The notes beneath the pieces are model-generated. The model was not told where the DNA came from, did not search any database, and saw only the letters and a program-made list of their open reading frames with translations. From an uncultured Nitrospinaceae bacterium (GTDB lineage: Bacteria; Nitrospinota; Nitrospinia; Nitrospinales; VA-1), in assembly GCA_964631515.1 (NCBI GenBank), contig CAZVZT010000001.1, positions 1 through 35,149 of the forward strand: a DNA stretch of 35,149 nt. Reading direction: 5' to 3'. This document shows positions 1-7,005 of the stretch, piece by piece. Within the stretch, counting starts at the first letter, position 1. Every line of letters starts with the position of its first letter. Both the position numbers and the translations under genes were made by a program.

Positions 1-672
1 CGAACCCTTGTTATGGCGACCGATTCGTCGTGGAACTGGAACTTCCGCCGCATAGGAGAGGGTGGGAGTGGACGTCACTACTATAAATTTTGGAATAATC
101 TTGTTGCCTGGCTCACGGACGATCCGGAAACTCGCCTCCTTCAACTCGAGACCGATAAGGAGCGCTACGAGGAGGGTGAGGAGGTGCTAGTTCGCGTCCG
201 GGCGTTCCAGGATGATTACAATCCGGCTGTCGGGTCCGAGGTGCTCTTGGACATAAAGAACCAATCGGACCCGCTCGCGACAATATCGCTCAAAACAGAT
301 GAAAACGGGGAAGCCCGTTATAAGTGGACGCCAGAACAGGAAGGGTTTTACACTGTGCGGGCTGAAATGGAAGTAGCTGGTAGGAAGAGAGAGGCGGAAC
401 TCGGGTTCGCCCTATTCAGCGAAACCGCCGAGTTTGAGAAACCCAGGGTCAATGAAACTTTGCTCCAACGCATAGCGGAAGTCACCGGAGGAAAGTATGA
501 AGTGCTGTCACCAGAGACCGGCCCTTTCGACCTCAACTTCGACCGCCGAGAGGTTGAGGTCAAAACCCATCGCAAGAGCATTTCGCTCTGGGACAACTGG
601 TTGACTTACGGGTTGATTCTAGGGCTCCTCTTTATTGACTGGTTTACCCGTCGAAAGTCTGGGTTGAGTTGA
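1..672 (+). CDS. C-terminal part of a membrane-anchored hypothetical protein (5' end lies outside the window)
   Basis: The frame is open from nt 1 (track ORF 13..672). It has a beta-rich middle segment (EEVLVRVRAF...GFYTVRAE) that looks Ig/MG-like, then a C-terminal hydrophobic helix LTYGLILGLLFIDWF followed by RRK. No family assigned with certainty. Confidence 0.6.
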   Translation, partial: RTLVMATDSSWNWNFRRIGEGGSGRHYYKFWNNLVAWLTDDPETRLLQLETDKERYEEGEEVLVRVRAFQDDYNPAVGSEVLLDIKNQSDPLATISLKTDENGEARYKWTPEQEGFYTVRAEMEVAGRKREAELGFALFSETAEFEKPRVNETLLQRIAEVTGGKYEVLSPETGPFDLNFDRREVEVKTHRKSISLWDNWLTYGLILGLLFIDWFTRRKSGLS

Positions 673-702
673 CTTGCTTGCTGTAAGAGTGCACGGGGAA
701 AA

Positions 703-730
703 GCAAAAATCTTTAGCATCGGATTTTTGC
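703..730 (+). terminator. Weak stem-loop after the partial CDS (possible terminator)
   Basis: gcaaaaatc (703-711) pairs with gatttttgc (722-730) around a 10-nt loop. The stem is AT-rich and no T-run follows. Confidence 0.2.
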
Positions 731-815
731 GGATGGACACGGAAAAAAACTATAAACTTGGAACAAGGCAAACTCTACCGAACGGCGCGCTGGACATTTC
801 CCTTATAAATCCCAT

Positions 816-844
816 TTGTGAATCGATTTTTTTTCCTGTAATAT
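816..844 (+). promoter_or_regulatory. Candidate sigma70-type promoter for the 864..2261 gene
   Basis: TTGTGA (816-821), 17-nt spacer, TAATAT (839-844). By-eye match only. Confidence 0.25.
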
Positions 845-863
845 CAGGGGGTTAGGCTTTTTT

Positions 864-2261
864 ATGCCGTCTCTTCCTCTGGGGCGGTTTCATTTTGACT
901 CGATAACCTTGTATCAACGCATGGCTAAATCTTCTAAAAGCGGCCTCCCTTTAAAGGTTTGGGTGCGCGATCGCATTTTGTTCCTAGCGATGATTATCTT
1001 CGTCCTAGGTGGTGCGGGATACATTAGTGCTGGGAAATTCATCGCCCCGGACAATCCCTGGCTCTACCCGGTCAAGGAGTTCGCTCTACTGATGTCTCTG
1101 ATCGGCATCGTATCGCTCGGTTACGAACTGTTTCTCCGCGAACTGACCTTCCGCGAATATAAAAACGCGCTACAGGAAATTGTGAACCCAGACGGAGTTC
1201 GCCTTGGCATCGAGGGTATCTATAAAAACCGGTCGGAGTTGAGTCGTTCGGTATCCTTCGAGAGCATCTTCAAAAAAGTACAGAAGGAAATCTTCATCGG
1301 AGGATCGTCACTTCTTTCCATCACCACATCCAGCCGCGAGCAGCTAAAACAGAAAGTCCTGGGCGGGATTGACGTGCGCCTTTTACTCTTGAACCCAAAC
1401 TCTCAGGTGGTCGAGCTCATCACCCGGCAGGGTGGGGGAAAAGCGACGTTTCTCAACGAGATTCGTACCTCACTTCTGCTTCTGCAGAAGGTGGCGCACG
1501 AGATTGACAGCGAGCCGGGGTTTTCCGGACGCGGTAAGCTGTTGGTGCACACTTACGATGCCATTCCGTCGCACTCGTTCATTTGCGTGGACGAAGGAAG
1601 GGAAAACGGGGTGATCGTCGCAGATATCGGCCCCTATCTTGGACGTAGCACACCGAGGCCCAGTTTGCTCGTCGTCAACAAGAAGGGCGGCATGTATGAC
1701 TACTGGCGGAAAATGGGCGAACTTATGTGGCAGGAAAGCAAGGTTTTTAATCTTGATGGTGACGATCTGTTTGGCACCAAGACCAAGGCGCTCATGTTCA
1801 CGAGCGGAGTGGAAACCGAATACCACGATACGTTAACCGAAAGCTGGCACCCAGCATCTGTCTGTCAGATGAATGGAAACTGGAGGGCCATAAAGGGAAG
1901 TCAGTGGGTGTGGGTACGCGATACACCGACCTTGGAGGAAGCAAAAACGGGAACACAAAATCGCTTCCGCTTGAAGTTCGATCTTCCTTCTGAATGCAGG
2001 GGCAACTGCATCGTGAGAGCCGACCTATACCTGCGTTCGGACGATGTGTGCCACATCACTGTTAACGATTTCAGCATGAAGCAGGAGTACGGGGGGGCGG
2101 ACTACCCTGATGCCTTCTTGATCGATGTGGATAACTACCTAAAGAGCGGGGAGAATGTGATTTATTTTGAGCTTATAAGCTTCGCCAATCCCAACGCTCA
2201 AACCCCTGATGATAACCTCACTGGAATCATCTATCGTCTCCACCTCGAATACCGAGAATAG
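864..2261 (+). CDS. Hypothetical membrane protein: two N-terminal TM helices, a degenerate PLD-like middle region and a C-terminal beta-sandwich (galactose-binding-like) region
   Basis: 465-aa ORF. TM1 is about aa 37-57 and TM2 about aa 73-91, with positive charges on the N- and C-flanks (N-in/C-in predicted). The middle has the pattern IFIGGSSLL...GIDVRLLLLNPNS...HSFICVD (H-x-F-x4-D where PLD enzymes have H-x-K-x4-D). The C-terminus has the pattern SQWVWVRD...FRLKFDLP...VRADLYLRSDDVCHITVNDF...YLKSGENVIYFEL, typical of CBM/rhamnosidase-N-like jelly rolls. The start could instead be ATG 921. Confidence 0.75.
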   Translation: MPSLPLGRFHFDSITLYQRMAKSSKSGLPLKVWVRDRILFLAMIIFVLGGAGYISAGKFIAPDNPWLYPVKEFALLMSLIGIVSLGYELFLRELTFREYKNALQEIVNPDGVRLGIEGIYKNRSELSRSVSFESIFKKVQKEIFIGGSSLLSITTSSREQLKQKVLGGIDVRLLLLNPNSQVVELITRQGGGKATFLNEIRTSLLLLQKVAHEIDSEPGFSGRGKLLVHTYDAIPSHSFICVDEGRENGVIVADIGPYLGRSTPRPSLLVVNKKGGMYDYWRKMGELMWQESKVFNLDGDDLFGTKTKALMFTSGVETEYHDTLTESWHPASVCQMNGNWRAIKGSQWVWVRDTPTLEEAKTGTQNRFRLKFDLPSECRGNCIVRADLYLRSDDVCHITVNDFSMKQEYGGADYPDAFLIDVDNYLKSGENVIYFELISFANPNAQTPDDNLTGIIYRLHLEYRE

Positions 2262-2279
2262 TCCTCGTTCTTGGTTTTT
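2252..2279 (+). terminator. Candidate rho-independent terminator overlapping the stop codon of the 864..2261 gene
   Basis: ccgagaa (2252-2258) pairs with ttcttgg (2268-2274): 7 bp including one G-U. The 9-nt loop contains the TAG stop, and TTTTT follows at 2275-2279. Confidence 0.4.
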
Positions 2280-2353
2280 CACTGGGGGTGGTACGGGTAT
2301 GGTCTCCCGACGATGCCAGTTTCCTTTCTCTCATCTAATCCTAAATAAAAAAA

Positions 2354-2389
2354 GGGTTTTCCCGTGCGTGCTGGGTCTTTTCCCGGTGC
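2354..2389 (+). repeat. Imperfect tandem direct repeat upstream of the nuo promoter
   Basis: GGGTTTTCCCGTGC (2354-2367) and GGGTCTTTTCCCGGTGC (2373-2389), ending 24 nt upstream of the -35 hexamer. Confidence 0.3.
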
Positions 2390-2412
2390 AGAGTGGCTGG
2401 ACAATCTTGTTA

Positions 2413-2440
2413 TTGACAGGGTAGGGAAGGTTGCTATAAT
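2413..2440 (+). promoter_or_regulatory. Near-consensus sigma70 promoter of the nuo operon
   Basis: TTGACA (2413-2418), 16-nt spacer, TATAAT (2435-2440) preceded by TGc (extended -10). It lies 113 nt upstream of the nuoA ATG. Confidence 0.6.
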
Positions 2441-2553
2441 CGCCAACTCTATTGGTTTCCGGCCTGTGCCGGAGGGCTTTTATATCAGCATTATGGAGAG
2501 TTCGCTCTGCTGGGAGTGGAGGTCTATTTTCCCCTGTCTGCGATAAACCCTCT

Positions 2554-2907
2554 ATGCAAGAATATTTCTTCATCTCTGTGCTTGCGGTGTTCGCGCTGAT
2601 TGTGGTCGGAGCGCTGCTGGCGCTGTCCACCATCCTCGGTCCGCGGAACCCTTCTCCGCAAAAGTTTCTCCCTTATGAATGTGGGATCGTCCCTAAAGAA
2701 GAAGCCAAGGGAAGGTACCCTGTTCGTTTCGCCACGATTGCCATGTTATTCATTATTTTCGATATCGAGATAGTGTTCATGTATCCGTGGGCGGTGTCGC
2801 TGGGCCAGCTCAAGCTGTTCGGACTAATCGAAATGCTGGTGTTCATTTTAATCCTAGCTATTGCTTACATCTACATCTGGGGACGGGGAGGCTTGGAATG
2901 GGATTGA
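2554..2907 (+). CDS. nuoA: NADH-quinone oxidoreductase subunit A
   Basis: 117 aa and 3 TM helices, with the PYECG motif. Track ORF 2452..2907 was trimmed to ATG 2554 to match normal NuoA length. First gene of a syntenic nuo operon. Confidence 0.85.
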   Translation: MQEYFFISVLAVFALIVVGALLALSTILGPRNPSPQKFLPYECGIVPKEEAKGRYPVRFATIAMLFIIFDIEIVFMYPWAVSLGQLKLFGLIEMLVFILILAIAYIYIWGRGGLEWD

Positions 2908-3482
2908 TAGATCAGGCTGTCGACCTGCTTGAGACCGAAGTTAATCATATAAAAGAAAACGTAAAAGATACGGTCGACGCGCTGGACTACGAGTATTCCG
3001 GCGCTGTCTATGACAGTATTCTGACAACGAAGCTTGGCAAGGTGATCGGCTGGGCGCAGAAAAACGCGCTGTGGCCGGCGACCTTTGGTCTTGCCTGCTG
3101 TGCCATCGAGATGATGGCAATGGCCAACTCGCGTTGGGATGCCGCCAGGTTTGGCGCGGAAGTATTCCGCGCATCTCCTCGGCAGGCTGATCTTATGATC
3201 GTTTCGGGCCGTGTATCGCAGAAGATGGCGCCGGTATTGAAAATGATCTACGACCAAATGCCGGAGCCGAAGTGGGTGATTTCGATGGGGGCGTGCGCGT
3301 CCTGCGGAGGTATCTTCAATAACTACGCTATCGTACAGGGTGTGGACCGTGTGGTGCCGGTCGATGTTTATGTTCCTGGTTGCCCGCCAGGGCCTGAGGC
3401 GCTGCTTTACGGCATAATCAAGCTCCAGGAAAAAATCATGAACGAAGCGGGAACCGACCGGGCCGCAAAGAGAGTGGCATGA
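2898..3482 (+). CDS. nuoB: NADH-quinone oxidoreductase subunit B
   Basis: N2-cluster motifs [15 protein letters not shown] and PGCPP. ATG 2898 lies 6 nt after GGAGG (2887-2891) and overlaps nuoA by 10 nt. The track start at 2787 was rejected. Confidence 0.9.
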   Translation: MGLIDQAVDLLETEVNHIKENVKDTVDALDYEYSGAVYDSILTTKLGKVIGWAQKNALWPATFGLACCAIEMMAMANSRWDAARFGAEVFRASPRQADLMIVSGRVSQKMAPVLKMIYDQMPEPKWVISMGACASCGGIFNNYAIVQGVDRVVPVDVYVPGCPPGPEALLYGIIKLQEKIMNEAGTDRAAKRVA

Positions 3483-4009
3483 CCAACGAGGAAATCTTCG
3501 AGAAAGTCAAGTCAGCTCTAGGCGAGGATATAAGGGGAAGCGAAGTGAGCTTGGGAGATCCTGTTCTCTTCGTCGGACCTGGATCCCTGCACAGGACCGC
3601 TGAGTTTCTCAAAAATGACCCCGACCTCGATTTCGATTACCTTTCCCACATCACCGGCGCCGACCATCTCAATGAGCACCGGGAACCGCGATTCGAAGCG
3701 GTCTACGAATTTCATTCTATCGATAAAAACCATTCCATTCGCGTGCGGGTTGGATTGGAAGAAGACGATCCGACGATACCGACAGTGTCAGATTTGTGGA
3801 AGGGCGCGCTTTACCCGGAGCGGGAACTGTTCGATATGTTTGGGTTCAACGTGACGGGCCATCCCAACCTTTCGCGGTTGATCATGCCGGACGAATGGGA
3901 AGGGCACCCTCTGCGCAAAGACTATCCATTGACCACGGAAGATATTGCGTTTTCTCACAATAAAGAATTTAAACGGGATCTGGTTAAGTCCAAACCGGAA
4001 ACCAGATAG
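3479..4009 (+). CDS. nuoC: NADH-quinone oxidoreductase subunit C
   Basis: 176 aa with the 30-kDa subunit motif [16 protein letters not shown] overlap with nuoB. Confidence 0.9.
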   Translation: MTNEEIFEKVKSALGEDIRGSEVSLGDPVLFVGPGSLHRTAEFLKNDPDLDFDYLSHITGADHLNEHREPRFEAVYEFHSIDKNHSIRVRVGLEEDDPTIPTVSDLWKGALYPERELFDMFGFNVTGHPNLSRLIMPDEWEGHPLRKDYPLTTEDIAFSHNKEFKRDLVKSKPETR

Positions 4010-4020
4010 AGGAACGGGCA

Positions 4021-5220
4021 ATGAGTGTTACCGAGCAAGGTTTGCTGGAACGCGACAAGGATACCATGACCCTCAACATGGGGCCGCAGCATCCCAGTAC
4101 CCACGGTGTGTTTCGGGTGGTTCTGGAGATGGATGGCGAAGTGGTGTCCAGTGCCGTACCTCATATTGGGTTCCTGCACACGGGCATCGAGAAGACATCG
4201 GAAGCGAAACGCTACGCCCACGTTATTCCCATGACCGACCGGCTCGACTACTTGAACCCGCCAGGTAACAATTTGGCTTACTGCCTAACTGTTGAAAAAC
4301 TTCTCCAGACAGAGATTCCCGAGCGAGGGCAATACCTACGGGTGATCATGTGCGAACTGGCGCGTATCGCCAGCCACCTTGTGTGGCTTGCGACGCATGC
4401 GCTGGATATCGGTGCGATGACAGTGTTCCTGTATTGCTGGCGGGAGCGGGAGATGATTCTCGACCTCAACGAGGAAATCTCCGGCGTGCGGATGATGACG
4501 AGTTACATCCGTATTGGTGGCGTTGCTAAGGATGTGACTCCAGGGTGGTTGCAGAGTGTCCAGCGGTTCATCAACTACCTTCCTGCAAAAATTGATGAAT
4601 ACGAAAAGTTGCTGACGCATAACCCCATCTGGATCGACCGCACGCAGGGTGTGGGCGTCATGAGCCGCGAGGAGGCGATCAACTGGAGCATGAGCGGCCC
4701 GGTCTTACGCGCTTCGGGGGTGGACTGGGATTTGCGCAAAAAGCGTCCTTACAGTGGATACGAGAATTTTAATTTTGATGTGCCGGTGGGCAAAAACGGT
4801 GACATCTACGACCGCTACCTGGTCCGTGTGGCCGAGTTGCGGCAGAGTCGCGAGATTGTCAAACAGGCGGTCGACAAGCTTCCCACTGGGCCTTACAAAG
4901 TGGATGACAATAAAATTTCCTTGCCTCCCCGCAACACGCTCAAGTCCAGCATGGAAGCCTTGATCCATCACTTCAAGCTGGTCTCCGAGGGTATTTCGGT
5001 GCCGAAGGGAGAAACCTACGTTCCGACAGAAGGACCGCGGGGGGAAGTCGGGTTCTACATCATTAGTGACGGCGGCAACGTGCCAAGCCGAGTGAAGCTG
5101 CGCGCCCCGTCGTATATGGCTGTTCCCGGCATGTGTGAGATGATGAAAGATTGTTTTATCGCTGATGTGGTTGGCGTTATAGGAAGTATCGATATTGTGA
5201 TGGGAGAAGTAGACCGGTGA
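4021..5220 (+). CDS. nuoD: NADH-quinone oxidoreductase subunit D
   Basis: 399 aa with MTLNMGPQHPSTHGV near the N-terminus. GAGGA sits upstream of the ATG. Confidence 0.95.
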   Translation: MSVTEQGLLERDKDTMTLNMGPQHPSTHGVFRVVLEMDGEVVSSAVPHIGFLHTGIEKTSEAKRYAHVIPMTDRLDYLNPPGNNLAYCLTVEKLLQTEIPERGQYLRVIMCELARIASHLVWLATHALDIGAMTVFLYCWREREMILDLNEEISGVRMMTSYIRIGGVAKDVTPGWLQSVQRFINYLPAKIDEYEKLLTHNPIWIDRTQGVGVMSREEAINWSMSGPVLRASGVDWDLRKKRPYSGYENFNFDVPVGKNGDIYDRYLVRVAELRQSREIVKQAVDKLPTGPYKVDDNKISLPPRNTLKSSMEALIHHFKLVSEGISVPKGETYVPTEGPRGEVGFYIISDGGNVPSRVKLRAPSYMAVPGMCEMMKDCFIADVVGVIGSIDIVMGEVDR

Positions 5221-5690
5221 TGTTTGCATTTACCCAGGAAGAAGAAAAAAAGATCGAAAAGATCATTGGGAAGTATCCGGTTAAGCGGTCAGCCCTGTTA
5301 CCGTTGCTCACTCTGGTACAGAGGCGGGAAGGGTACATTAGCCCCGATGCAATGAAGGCGATTGGACAGAAACTGGAATTGTCCCCAGCCTATGTGCAGT
5401 CGGTGATGTCATTTTATACGATGTATCACACGCACCCGACGGGGAAATACATCATCCTGTTCTGCATCAATATCAGTTGTCAACTCAACGGTGCGGACGA
5501 ACTCATGCAGTATGCGTCCGAAAAGCTAGACATTAAGGTTGGTGAAACGACAACGGACAAAAAATTTACCCTGCACCGCGAGGAATGTCTTGCCGCCTGT
5601 TGTGGTGGGCCAATGATGCGGGTGAATGATACTTTTTACGAAAACCTGACGAAAGAAAAGATCGACCAGGTGCTTGATTCGCTTCCGTAG
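5217..5690 (+). CDS. nuoE: NADH-quinone oxidoreductase subunit E
   Basis: 157 aa. 2Fe-2S ligand pairs are CINISC and CLAAC. GTG 5217 overlaps the nuoD stop; ATG 5220 is an equally good start. Confidence 0.9.
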   Translation: MMFAFTQEEEKKIEKIIGKYPVKRSALLPLLTLVQRREGYISPDAMKAIGQKLELSPAYVQSVMSFYTMYHTHPTGKYIILFCINISCQLNGADELMQYASEKLDIKVGETTTDKKFTLHREECLAACCGGPMMRVNDTFYENLTKEKIDQVLDSLP

Positions 5691-5699
5691 TCAAACGGG

Positions 5700-5728
5700 T
5701 ACCGGAATCCCGATGGGTTTCCACGGTA
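5700..5728 (+). other. Intercistronic stem-loop between nuoE and nuoF
   Basis: 11 bp in total: 5700-5703 pair with 5725-5728, 5704-5707 with 5719-5722, and 5709-5711 with 5715-5717. There is one T-T mismatch, a 2-nt bulge and a GAT loop. Confidence 0.35.
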
Positions 5729-5737
5729 GAAAAAAAC

Positions 5738-6997
5738 ATGCAAATTCTTTTGAAAAACATCGACATGAAGGGGCTTACCACTCTCGAGGTGTATGAGAAG
5801 CAGGGTGGATACAGGTCACTTAAGAAGGCTTTTGCTAAAAAGCCGGAGGAACTGGTGGAGATGGTCAAGGCTTCCGGTCTCCGCGGACGCGGTGGTGCAG
5901 GGTTCCCCACGGGGTTGAAGTGGAGCTTTCTGGCAAAGGACGTATTCCCCCGCTACCTGGCATGCAACGCTGATGAGAGTGAACCGGGTACCTGCAAGGA
6001 CCGCGAACTTCTTGAGAAAAACCCTCATCTTCTCATCGAGGGAATTATTCTGACTTGTTTCGCGTGTCGCATTGAGAAAGCTTATATCTATTTTCGCGGT
6101 GAGTTTCAGCATATAGCGGATCTTATGGATAAGGCGATTGAGGAAGCCTGCGCCAAAGGGCACTTAGGGCAGAATGTCCATGGGACCGGATTCAACCTCG
6201 ACCTATATACGCACCTAGGCGCGGGCGCATACATCTGTGGTGAGGAGTCGGCGTTGCTCAACTCGCTGGAAGGCCGGCGCGGAGAACCCAGATTGAAACC
6301 GCCGTTTCCCGCGGTTGAGGGGTTATATGGAAAACCGACGGTTATTAACAACGTGGAAACGCTGTGCTCGGTTCCGTGGATTATTAATGAGGGATCTGAA
6401 AAATACGCGGCGCTGGGGACAGAGAAGAGCAAGGGGACGAAACTTGTCAGCGTTTCGGGTCATGTCAAAAAACCCGGTAACTATGAAATTGTGATGGGGA
6501 CCCCGACCCGCGAAATTATTTACGACCTGGCGGGAGGTATTCGTGACGACAATCGACTGAAGGCATTCATCCCTGGAGGATCTTCGACGCCCATGCTTAC
6601 CAGCGAACAAGTGGATGTTCCTTTCGATTATGAATCGATTCAGGAAGCAGGTTCTATGCTCGGCTCTGGTGCCTTGATTGTTCTGGACCACACGGTCAAC
6701 GTGGTCGAGACGACACTGCGCCTTGCGAGTTTTTACATGCATGAGTCCTGTGGCAAGTGTGTTCCCTGTCGCGAGGGAACGCGCTGGATGTGGCAGATTC
6801 TGAGCCGAATCCAGACGGGAGAGGGCACCAGCGATCAGGTGGACAAGCTTCTCGATATTTGTGACAACATCAGCTTCAAAAGTTTTTGTCCGCTCGGTGA
6901 TGCGGCGGTGGGTCCGGTCGCGAGCAGTATCAAGAATTTCCGTTCGGATTATGATGAGTTGATTAAAAAACTTCAAGGTGGCGCGGTCACCGTGTGA
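5738..6997 (+). CDS. nuoF: NADH-quinone oxidoreductase subunit F
   Basis: 419 aa with the GRGGAGFPTG nucleotide-binding motif and the N3 cluster motif ESCGKCVPCREG. Confidence 0.95.
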   Translation: MQILLKNIDMKGLTTLEVYEKQGGYRSLKKAFAKKPEELVEMVKASGLRGRGGAGFPTGLKWSFLAKDVFPRYLACNADESEPGTCKDRELLEKNPHLLIEGIILTCFACRIEKAYIYFRGEFQHIADLMDKAIEEACAKGHLGQNVHGTGFNLDLYTHLGAGAYICGEESALLNSLEGRRGEPRLKPPFPAVEGLYGKPTVINNVETLCSVPWIINEGSEKYAALGTEKSKGTKLVSVSGHVKKPGNYEIVMGTPTREIIYDLAGGIRDDNRLKAFIPGGSSTPMLTSEQVDVPFDYESIQEAGSMLGSGALIVLDHTVNVVETTLRLASFYMHESCGKCVPCREGTRWMWQILSRIQTGEGTSDQVDKLLDICDNISFKSFCPLGDAAVGPVASSIKNFRSDYDELIKKLQGGAVTV

Positions 6998-7005
6998 GAT
7001 AACTT

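Noticed and set aside
2452-2553. N-terminal extensions offered by the ORF track for nuoA (2452), nuoB (2787), nuoK (11637), dxs (23852) and hisB (25836).
   Set aside because: The extensions overlap the preceding gene or the leader, are not hydrophobic or family-like, and would make the proteins longer than their families. Internal ATGs give canonical N-termini and sensible coupling with the upstream stop codons.
6323-6976. Long antisense or off-frame ORFs inside well-supported genes. Examples: 6323-6976(-), 4705-5229(-), 16697-17245(-), 22812-23477(-), 24854-25399(-), 26330-26827(-), 29356-29910(-), 10703-11104(+), 15079-15447(+).
   Set aside because: Each lies entirely within or mostly over a gene with strong family motifs. 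Their translations are Arg/Ser/Pro-rich and low in complexity, which is typical of shadow ORFs, and none has a recognisable motif or ribosome-binding site.
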